From Candidatus Hydrogenedentota bacterium (GTDB lineage Bacteria > Hydrogenedentota > Hydrogenedentia > Hydrogenedentales > JAEUWI01): DNA of 14,174 nucleotides. The stretch spans positions 1 to 14,174 of the forward strand of contig JAXMOL010000091.1 in assembly GCA_034669905.1 (NCBI GenBank). The letters are read 5' to 3'. The position numbers and the translations under genes are program-made. This document shows, piece by piece, positions 1 through 6,858 of the stretch. Positions within the stretch are counted from its first letter, which is position 1. Every line of letters starts with the position of its first letter. The notes beneath the pieces are model-generated. The model worked only from the letters and a program-made list of their open reading frames with translations, was not told the DNA's origin and searched no databases.

Positions 1-50
1 GCTACCTTTGCCTTAAATGCGGGGGCATGATTACGTCGTTTACGTCGCAT
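1..50 (-). CDS. IS3-family transposase OrfA, N-terminal 17 codons (runs off window)
   Basis: Manual translation of minus strand 50->1 gives MRRKRRNHAPAFKAKVA. AAGGAG lies 8 nt upstream of the ATG. Matches the (K/R)RRxHxxxFKAKVA start of IS3 OrfA. Confidence 0.85.
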   Translation of the reverse strand, partial: MRRKRRNHAPAFKAKV

Positions 51-100
51 AGTTCTATCTCCTTGCTTCAAAGAATACGTCAGGAGATACACTTAACGCA

Positions 101-128
101 CTGTCCAGTTTTCGGGGTCCACTTCTCA
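101..128 (-). repeat. Left terminal inverted repeat (IRL) of the IS3 element
   Basis: TGAGAAGTGGACCCCGAAAACTGGACAG on the minus strand. The partner IR is outside the window, so the exact IR length cannot be determined. Confidence 0.75.
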
Positions 129-1184
129 TTATGTGAACAGCTGGACACATACGAATATCCGCCCATGATTCTTGCTGCATTGCGAGAGTTAGGGGATGCC
201 CAGGCAGTACCCTACATTATAGATTACTTTGAGGCGAATCCTTACGAATATCCTACGAGTGTTGTTCGTGCTCTTAGAGCCTTGGAGGATCCCCGTTCGG
301 AGGAGGTATTGGTCAGAATAAGCAACGAAAATGAGTACGGAAGTTACGAGCGATTCTATGCAACGGTTGCCTTGGCGCGTTTCGGGGGCGAGGCCGCAAA
401 GCAAGAAGCGTGGGCAACCCTTACGGAAATGTCCAAACAATCTAGCCTATGTGCCATTTTTCCCCCGCCAGATTGTCACCAAATGGAAGGGTCCCAATTT
501 GCAGCAGGCTTGTGTGAAGTCCACACACCTGAGATGGATGAGTGGCTTGCAGGGTACTTGAAAGGACGTACTTATTGTCGCGATGTTTGCACGGTGATCG
601 GGGCACTTGGAAAAGCAGGTGGATTGGATGAGCGGCCACAGTGTATAGAAGCACTCTTCGATCTGGCGAAGAATGCATATAAAGGGGACGACATACAAGG
701 TGATGAGCTATATACACACGCAGCGGCATTTGAAGTGCTGCTGAACCATAGCAGCGCAGACCCAGAACGCCTATTTTCAGTAACGGAATCGTGGCAGGAC
801 GCTTTGTCCTTTTTTAGAGACTGGTATGGCGAGGAAGTACCTATGCTTGGGAAGGCAGCCAAGGAGTTCGACGAATTAAAATCACAGCTTCTTGAGAAAT
901 ATCCTTACTTGACTGAACAAGCCGAGGAAGAGCCTGGTACGCACTCTGCAGGGAACCCAGATACTGTTTCAACAGTATCTACTGATGAATCGGTTGCAAG
1001 AGCGCACTTGACTGCTGCGGAATCTACGGTTAATCCAGTGAATGATGGAAACGCATCCCATCTGGAAGGCGTTTCAGATGAGCCTAAGCGCAATTTACTT
1101 TCCTATGTAGTAGTTTCAATGGTCTTACTATGTCTCTTAGCTGTCGCATTTTGGGGTTTCACCAAGTGGAGGGTCAGAAAATAG
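129..1184 (+). pseudogene. HEAT-repeat protein with C-terminal membrane anchor; 3' part of a gene interrupted by IS3
   Basis: HEAT-like repeats of about 31 aa (YEYPPMILAALRELGDAQAVPYII / YEYPTSVVRALRALEDPRSEEVLV / ERFYATVALARFGG), an acidic Ser/Thr linker, then hydrophobic helix LLSYVVVSMVLLCLLAVAFWGF and basic tail KWRVRK. The first 34 codons of track ORF 27..1184 are the antisense strand of the IS end. GC is lower than in neighbours (29/60 in 181-240 vs 42/60 in 1321-1380). Confidence 0.75.
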
Positions 1185-1272
1185 AAATCGGTGCAGATTC
1201 GATAGGGATGGGGCGTACAGTGAGTGTATTTAGCAATCGACTCCGCTCCTTCTATGCCTCGACAGTGTAGAA

Positions 1273-1683
1273 GTGTCTCTAATCCTGGCCTTTAGCGCGC
1301 CGCTCTACCTGAACATGCTTTGCGCGGACTACGACGCCGTCACGCCCCGCGTCCAGCTTACCTTCGCACCGAACCTGGGCGTAGACCCGGTGGTGACTTG
1401 CTTCGACATGGACCCCCTCAGCCTGGACGGGCAAATCCAGCGGGCCTCCATCCCGCTGACGGGCGAGGCGCTCCGTTGCACGCCCTATGAGGACGCCCAA
1501 TCGGTCTCCTTCGATGATGTCTTCCAGTTGGAGACCATCGAGGGCGCGAACTGGTGGCACGGGTACGTGAAAGTGGACTTCCTGGACCCGTGGGACGGCG
1601 TGAACCTGGAATCCTACATGGCCATCGACTTTATTGAGTTGGCGACAAGCAAGGACTCCCTCGAGAAACTAGGGAGAAACTAG
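1273..1683 (+). pseudogene. Fragment of an uncharacterised protein (beta-sandwich-like, ...YMAIDFIEL...)
   Basis: Strong G/C third-position bias from about 1286 to 1662 indicates real coding sequence. The GTG start lacks an RBS and sits in the compositional junction, and the stop lies within an 11-bp tandem duplication. Confidence 0.55.
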
Positions 1684-1686
1684 GGA
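1663..1686 (+). repeat. 11-bp tandem duplication GAGAAACTAGG x2 (+GA)
   Basis: GAGAAACTAGG at 1663-1673 and 1674-1684, running directly into GACAGACTAC. Confidence 0.9.
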
Positions 1687-1803
1687 CAGACTACGAATAA
1701 AGTAGAAGAGTAGTTGCAAGACAGGGGTGTTCGTAGGCAGTAGGGGCGTGTGGGGGTGCAAGGCGTGGGGTCTATCACGGTGGATAAACTATCTCATTCA
1801 TAG

Positions 1804-1983
1804 GTGCCTGGTGCGCCAACAGGTGCGGTTGATTTGGCCGTCCGTATCGACGCGGAAAGTACGGATGCATTGATCACGGTCTACGACAGCGATAATTTTG
1901 ACGAAAGCCTGAGCGAGTCGGCTGGAAACATCACCCGGAAGGTCATCCGCCTGGGCAGTCTCGATGGCCTTCCCCCGCTTTGA
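1804..1983 (+). pseudogene. Probable C-terminal gene fragment (59 aa), not in the ORF track
   Basis: Open frame VPGAPTGAVDLAVRIDAESTDALITVYDSDNFDESLSESAGNITRKVIRLGSLDGLPPL* with protein-like composition. It is immediately preceded by an in-frame TAG (1801-1803) and has no RBS. Confidence 0.5.
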
Positions 1984-2119
1984 CACAGGAATGGCAGGGC
2001 AATTCTCCTGCGTAGATGGGATGGTGTTGAGGCGGTGTTTTCTTTTATGATGTCACCTATTGCGAATTTGGAGACTACCCGAACCGTTGGGTTCGATAGC
2101 GGCACAAGGGGGCGCATCC

Positions 2120-2596
2120 ATGTTGAATCTGCTATACCGTTCCAATCGGTTTATGGGGCTACTGCTGTGCATCGGTGCCGTCCTTCTGCCGACCGCTGCC
2201 CTGGCGCAGCATTCGGTGGCGCGTATTTGGAACGAAGAACTCCTCTTCGCCATCCGGCGTGACCAGGCGCGGCCGACGATCCATGCGCGGAATCTCTTCC
2301 ATGTTTCCATTGCCATGTGGGACGCCTGGGCGGCCTTTGAGCCCGAGTCCCGGAACTACCTGCTCCCGGACAAGTACAGCGCCGATGACGTGGAGGCGGC
2401 GCGGGCCGAGGCGTTGAGCGTCGCGGTGTACCGCATCCTCCGGGCGCGCTTCGCCGATTCGCCGGGTGCGGTGGAATCCCTCGCCGAGTTTGACCGGACC
2501 CTGGAGGAACTGGGCTACGACCGGACAAGCCTCGAGAAGGGGGAACGGGTGGACGGGGACGTAACAGCAAATTCAGCGGATGAACCGAAAGCGTAG
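2120..2596 (+). pseudogene. Truncated secreted vanadium-dependent haloperoxidase-like protein (N-terminal domain only)
   Basis: ATG at 2120 with AAGGGGG upstream and a signal peptide ending AALA|QHS. SVARIWNEELLFAIRRDQARPTIHARNLFHVSIAMWDAWAAF and ARAEALSVAVYRILRARF match the N-terminal helical domain of bacterial VHPO-like proteins. Family-like sequence ends near LGYD (~2520) and the catalytic PxYxSGH/vanadate-binding region is absent. Confidence 0.8.
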
Positions 2597-2602
2597 ATGC
2601 GC

Positions 2603-2616
2603 GAGGCTGTCCCGGC
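2603..2616 (+). repeat. Module C, copy 1 (GAGGCTGTCCCGGC)
   Basis: Identical 14-mer at 3479-3492. Confidence 0.8.
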
Positions 2617-2667
2617 AGTATGGGGAGACGTAGGGTTGGTGAGGCGGACGGGAGTCAAATCGTGCAT

Positions 2668-2720
2668 CCGCTACCGTTATCGCAGACAGGAATGTCTGCG
2701 CCCCTGTGGTGTTTCCACCA
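2668..2720 (+). repeat. Module A, copy 1: REP-like double hairpin
   Basis: 44/46 identical to 3172-3217 over 2668-2713. Contains CGCAGACA-GGAA-TGTCTGCG (8-bp stem, GNRA loop) and TGGTG-TTTC-CACCA. Confidence 0.9.
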
Positions 2721-2748
2721 AGCTGGGAGTGCGTACACGTTGCGGCCT

Positions 2749-2888
2749 GCCGTCGTGAAATATCTGCGTTGCACTTGGCGCGATACCGTCCCATACGTTG
2801 GCCCTACGGAGCGCCGTCGGCCCGACGGCATCGGTGCCAAAGGCACCGGCCTGTGCTGGGAAGTGTCTCACGCTGGCGGTCGAGTGCG
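2749..2888 (+). repeat. Module B, copy 1 (140 bp, hairpin-containing)
   Basis: Matches 3329-3467 with 8 substitutions and one 1-nt indel. Hairpins GCCGTCG-GCC-CGACGGC and CGGTGCC-AAA-GGCACCG. Confidence 0.95.
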
Positions 2889-3171
2889 CGAGAAGGTGCG
2901 GGTGCTCTTTGACCACCAGGGACTGTCTCGTCCCGGTTGATGCACCGGCGAAGAAATTGGGTGACGGACAGCCCGTGTTGTTGATTTACGGCCTGAAACG
3001 CGCAAGGGCGTGGATGTCCCAACGTTGGCGAAGCGGACGGAGGGTCTACCTCACCAACGACGGGACACCCACCGCCCTCCGAGTTTTTCAGGGTAAGACA
3101 CGTCACCCGGCTGGCCATCCCGACACCCCGAGGTTCACACCCACACGGGGCGCGGCAGTCCCTACGGAGTC

Positions 3172-3227
3172 CCGCTACCGTTATCGGAGACAGGAATGTC
3201 TGTGCCCCTGTGGTGTTCTTATCACCA
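3172..3227 (+). repeat. Module A, copy 2
   Basis: CCGCTACCGTTATCGGAGACAGGAATGTCTGTGCCCCTGTGGTGTT. The second stem TGGTG/CACCA is retained with a different loop (TTCTTAT). Confidence 0.9.
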
Positions 3228-3328
3228 TTCTCTTGTGTCTCCACGGTGCGGGTATGCCTACGGCCACCGGGACAGGAACGCGCGTTGGAGTGTCGCGTGT
3301 AATGGCGGAGTGGCCGGGATAGTGCGAC

Positions 3329-3467
3329 GCCGTCTTGAAATATCTGCGTTGCACTGGCGCGATACCGTCCCATAAGTTGGCCCTATGGAGCGCCGTCGGC
3401 CCGACAGCATCAGTGCCAAGGGCACCGGCCTGTGCTGGGAAGTGTCTCACGCAGACGGTCGAGTGCG
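3329..3467 (+). repeat. Module B, copy 2 (139 bp)
   Basis: Direct repeat of 2749-2888. Confidence 0.95.
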
Positions 3468-3478
3468 AGAAAGCGCGT

Positions 3479-3492
3479 GAGGCTGTCCCGGC
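3479..3492 (+). repeat. Module C, copy 2
   Basis: Identical to 2603-2616. Confidence 0.8.
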
Positions 3493-3613
3493 TGTGTTGG
3501 ATGGCGGTGAATATGCGAAGGAGGCTGTAGACATGTCGTACTGCCGGTACAGTCCCTTTTTCGCCAGGGGCGAAAGAGTTGACAGCCCCATCAATATCCT
3601 GTCCCCCCTTTTG

Positions 3614-4882
3614 CTAAGGGGTGGAGGCACGGATATCATAGGCGTGCAGGGTGTCGCCGTGGCGGAGATAGAGCACGCCGTGGGCGATGCTTGGGTGGGC
3701 CCAATGGGGACCTTCGCCACCTTCGAGGACAATGCGGCCTTTTTCCTCGTAGCCCTCGGGGGTGGCCGACACCAGCGCCAGGTCGCCCTTCTCGCCATAG
3801 CAGTAGAGACGGTCTTCCGCAACGATAAGGGAGCCTTTGCCGACACCGCGCGCTTGCCACTGCAGGGCGCCATCCTGAAGGGACAAACATGACCAACGTC
3901 CCCGGGCATTGGCACCATAGAGATAGCCTTTTGAAAGGACGACGCCACCGTGCAGGGGATTAAGAATTTCATCGGACCACAGTTCATTGATTTCGTGGCC
4001 GTCCTCTGACAGCTGATAGAGGACCCCGCCTTTCCGGTGTCCGCTTGTGGCATAGAGCAGGCCGTCGTGGTAGGCAGGTGCGTTGGCGTGGTTTTGCATT
4101 TCTTCTTCGGCGTCGAAAGGGGCCTTCCAGATGAGGGTGCCGCGCGCAGGGTCGAGGGCCACCAATTGGGTGGCCGTCAGTGTGATGAGTAGCCGGTTGC
4201 CGCCCCGATTCACAAGAATAGGGGCACAATAGGCCGAAGGGTCGCTCAGGCCCTTGCTGGTCCATAGCGTCGCGCCCGTCGCGCGGTCCAGGGCGACGAT
4301 GCTGGCGTCCGGTCCGCCGGGGGTGCAGAACACCGTCTCGCCATCGACCAATAGGGACTCGGCAAAGCCCATGACGGGGCGGGGACCTCCGAAATCGCCT
4401 GCCACGTCGCGTCGCCAGATCGTGCGGCCGTCCCGGGTGCTGAGACAATACAAAACACCATATCCCGACAAGACATATGCCTTGCCCGATACAATCGTGG
4501 GCGGATAGTGGGAGCCAGGATGGGTGCCATCCCATTCCTTGCCATAGCTTGCCTGCCACTTTATTGCGCCATCGGTGCTCAAGGCACTTAGGATGCCCTC
4601 TCCGCTTTCCACGTCAAGGCCATTGAGATAGACGGTGTTGGCCACCACAACGGCCGAGCCATAGCCTATGCCCAGACCGGACTGTTGCCATAGGAGAAGC
4701 GGGGGAGACGCTGCCCAGTCGCCACGGAGTCCTGTTTCGTTACTTACCGCATTCCGATGCAAACCACGAAATTGCGTCCAATCCGAGGCAATAGTTGAGC
4801 AATGAATTCCCAATAGAAAAAATAGCATTAGATAAAGTGTCAGGCTTCTGACATGGGTTGTTGTTTGTTTTTGCTGGTGCAT
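3614..4882 (-). CDS. Secreted PQQ-binding-like (BamB-like) beta-propeller repeat protein
   Basis: Signal-like N-terminus, then DWTQFRG, repeated xDxxxGxxxW blade motifs (LSTRDGRTIW, LDRATGATLW, LDPARGTLIW) and C-terminal WAHPSIAHGVLYLR. RBS GAGGGA upstream. Confidence 0.9.
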   Translation of the reverse strand: MHQQKQTTTHVRSLTLYLMLFFLLGIHCSTIASDWTQFRGLHRNAVSNETGLRGDWAASPPLLLWQQSGLGIGYGSAVVVANTVYLNGLDVESGEGILSALSTDGAIKWQASYGKEWDGTHPGSHYPPTIVSGKAYVLSGYGVLYCLSTRDGRTIWRRDVAGDFGGPRPVMGFAESLLVDGETVFCTPGGPDASIVALDRATGATLWTSKGLSDPSAYCAPILVNRGGNRLLITLTATQLVALDPARGTLIWKAPFDAEEEMQNHANAPAYHDGLLYATSGHRKGGVLYQLSEDGHEINELWSDEILNPLHGGVVLSKGYLYGANARGRWSCLSLQDGALQWQARGVGKGSLIVAEDRLYCYGEKGDLALVSATPEGYEEKGRIVLEGGEGPHWAHPSIAHGVLYLRHGDTLHAYDIRASTP

Positions 4883-5145
4883 GGTGTTTCCCTCAGAGGC
4901 GCTATCGTGCTACGGAGAGGCCGGTGCCAAGGCCAAGAGTCTACAACAAGGATCCATGATAACGAGAAACGTTTCATCCGGCAAATTGGACCTTGTGCCC
5001 GGCGGGCGGTGCCGGTGTCTTGCGCATGGTGGGGATACCTGCGTATCATAGAGCTTTCCTTGGACAGCGCGTTCAGGCCACAGTTTCTCTTCTTAGCTAC
5101 GCGGTTTAGCAGCGCGTCCTTTCTCGTTTCAGGAGTCAATCTCAG

Positions 5146-6372
5146 ATGGTTTTAGCGGCACGAAAGCAGTCGGTTGGTGTGGATGTGGGAGGGGTTCAAG
5201 TGGGTGGTGGTGCGCCGGTGGTGGTTCAATCCATGACCAACACGGACACCGAAGATGCTTTCTCGACGGCCGCGCAGATCATCGCCCTCGCTGAGGCGGG
5301 TTCCGAACTCGTGCGCATCACCGTAAACACGCCCAAGGCGGCGGCAGCGGTCCCGGAGATCTTCCAGCGCATGCACGATGAAGGGGTGAGCGTGCCCGTC
5401 ATCGGCGACTTCCACTACAACGGCCACCGCTTGCTCTCCGCCCATCCGGCGTGTGCCGAAGCCCTGGCGAAATACCGGATTAATCCGGGCAACGTGGGGA
5501 AGGGGAATATGCGGGACGAGCAGTTCGCAACCATATGTGAAATCGCCAAAGACAATGGCAAACCGGTGAGAATTGGTGTAAACATGGGCTCCCTCAACCA
5601 GGAATTGGTGATGGAGCAGATGCAGGTTAATACCGACAAAAACCTTGGAAAAACCTCAGAAGAAATTATCAACGATTGCATGATACTGTCGGCCCTTCAG
5701 TCCACCGAATTGGCCATCGAGGCCGGGCTGCGAGAAGATCAAATCATCATCTCCTGCAAGACCAGCGTTCCCCAGTACCTCATTCACCTCTATCGGGAGT
5801 TGAGCCAGAAGACCCGCCAACCCCTCCACCTCGGTCTTACCGAAGCGGGTATGGGCATGAAGGGGCAGATTTGGTCGGCCACCTGTATGGGGGTCTTGCT
5901 CAGTGAGGGGATTGGCGATACCATTCGTGTTTCGCTCACACCCCAGCCCGGTGGTGATCGGCGCGAAGAGGTCTACGCCGCCCAGGAAATTCTGCAGTCA
6001 CTCGATATCCGGCAGTTCGCTCCCAGCATCACGGCCTGCCCGGGTTGTGGGCGCACGACCAGCACGACCTTCCAGGAGCTTGCGGCCGAGACCCAGGATT
6101 ACGTCCGGCTTCGGATGCCCTCCTGGCGCAACGAGTTTGAGGGCGTTGAAGGGCTGAAGGTGGCCGTGATGGGGTGCATCGTCAACGGACCCGGGGAGTC
6201 CAAGGCGGCCAACATTGGCATCAGCCTTCCGGGTAACGGGGAAGATCCGGTATGCCCGGTCTTCGTCGACGGGGAGAAATACGCGAGCTACTCCGGCACG
6301 AAGGATGAGCTGGCCAACCAGTTCCGCGTGCTGCTGGAAGAGTACGTGGGGCGTACCTACAGCAAGAAATAG
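5146..6372 (+). CDS. ispG: (E)-4-hydroxy-3-methylbut-2-enyl-diphosphate synthase (MEP pathway)
   Basis: VQSMTNT, GSELVRITVN, GDFHYNG, KYRINPGN, PLHLGLTEAG and GIGDTIRVSLT motifs. 4Fe-4S ligands in CPGCGRT and MGCIVNGPGE. RBS AGGAG at 5131-5135. Confidence 0.98.
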   Translation: MVLAARKQSVGVDVGGVQVGGGAPVVVQSMTNTDTEDAFSTAAQIIALAEAGSELVRITVNTPKAAAAVPEIFQRMHDEGVSVPVIGDFHYNGHRLLSAHPACAEALAKYRINPGNVGKGNMRDEQFATICEIAKDNGKPVRIGVNMGSLNQELVMEQMQVNTDKNLGKTSEEIINDCMILSALQSTELAIEAGLREDQIIISCKTSVPQYLIHLYRELSQKTRQPLHLGLTEAGMGMKGQIWSATCMGVLLSEGIGDTIRVSLTPQPGGDRREEVYAAQEILQSLDIRQFAPSITACPGCGRTTSTTFQELAAETQDYVRLRMPSWRNEFEGVEGLKVAVMGCIVNGPGESKAANIGISLPGNGEDPVCPVFVDGEKYASYSGTKDELANQFRVLLEEYVGRTYSKK

Positions 6373-6409
6373 TTCTTCACCAAGGGGGCGACATTGAGGT
6401 GGCGACCCG

Positions 6410-6772
6410 TCAGCCCCGGCTGATAGCGCCCACGTCCATGCCGTCATAGCCGGCGATACCCATTTTTTCGGCCAGAACATAGAAGGCGTCGTTGGTTTCG
6501 TGCAACGATTCCACCGTATGCCTTTCCACGCGGTCGGCCCGCAGGTAGAGGGTGCGGGGATCGGGGTCGTCTTCTGCCGCGGCCAGGAATCCCATGATCT
6601 GGTAGCCGTTGTCTTCCAAATGGAGCCCCAGACGCGTCAGGTTAGATTTCTCGGTATCCTCAAAGAAATAGGACCATCGGCATACATCATCCACATCAAA
6701 GTTTGCCGTGCCATCCGCCCGGTTCTTTCGGCACTGGGTAAAGAACTGCTGCAGGTCGTCTTTGCTTATCAT
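6410..6772 (-). CDS. RraB-like (ribonuclease E inhibitor domain) protein
   Basis: 120-aa acidic protein with WSYFF...L...L...GY and a C-terminal LAEKMGIAGYDGMDVG (YDG) pattern typical of the RraB domain family. Confidence 0.7.
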   Translation of the reverse strand: MISKDDLQQFFTQCRKNRADGTANFDVDDVCRWSYFFEDTEKSNLTRLGLHLEDNGYQIMGFLAAAEDDPDPRTLYLRADRVERHTVESLHETNDAFYVLAEKMGIAGYDGMDVGAISRG

Positions 6773-6858
6773 AGGGGCTTTCTAAGGGACGGGTCGAATG
6801 ATTAGGACGTGTGGGTTGCCATTGTAAATGCACGGGACTGATGGATACCACTGTGGGC

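Larger units (their letters stand above)
1..128 (-). mobile_element. IS3-family insertion sequence, left end (element continues beyond window start)
   Basis: Minus strand from 128 reads TGAGAAGTGGACCCCGAAAACTGGACAG, a TG-starting IS3-type terminus. It is followed by RBS AAGGAG and ATG at 50 encoding MRRKRRNHAPAFKAKVA, the typical start of an IS3 OrfA helix-turn-helix protein. Confidence 0.88.

Noticed and set aside
27..128. ATG 27 as the native start of the HEAT protein
   Set aside because: This stretch is the antisense strand of the IS3 left end and orfA.
1185..2060. Integron attC cassette array
   Set aside because: No RYYYAAC...GTTRRRY-bounded palindromes, and the units are gene fragments rather than complete cassettes.
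2060..2119. TTG start at 2060 for the haloperoxidase-like ORF
   Set aside because: ATG 2120 has an RBS-like sequence and places the signal peptide at the N-terminus.
2749..3467. DGR template/variable repeat pair
   Set aside because: Differences are not confined to adenines of one copy, neither copy lies in a credible gene, and no reverse transcriptase is present.
2597..3500. CRISPR array
   Set aside because: Only two copies per module, irregular lengths and spacers, and no cas genes.
3556..3578. Hairpin TTTCGCC-AGG-GGCGAAA as terminator of the PQQ gene
   Set aside because: No U-tract follows it on the minus strand, so it is not a convincing intrinsic terminator.
2573..3892. ORFs across the repeat region (e.g. 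2798..3322, 2804..3373, 3335..3892, 3181..4053)
   Set aside because: No family motifs, Arg/Pro/Cys-rich composition, the two B copies differ by a 1-nt indel, and the longer ones overlap the PQQ gene.
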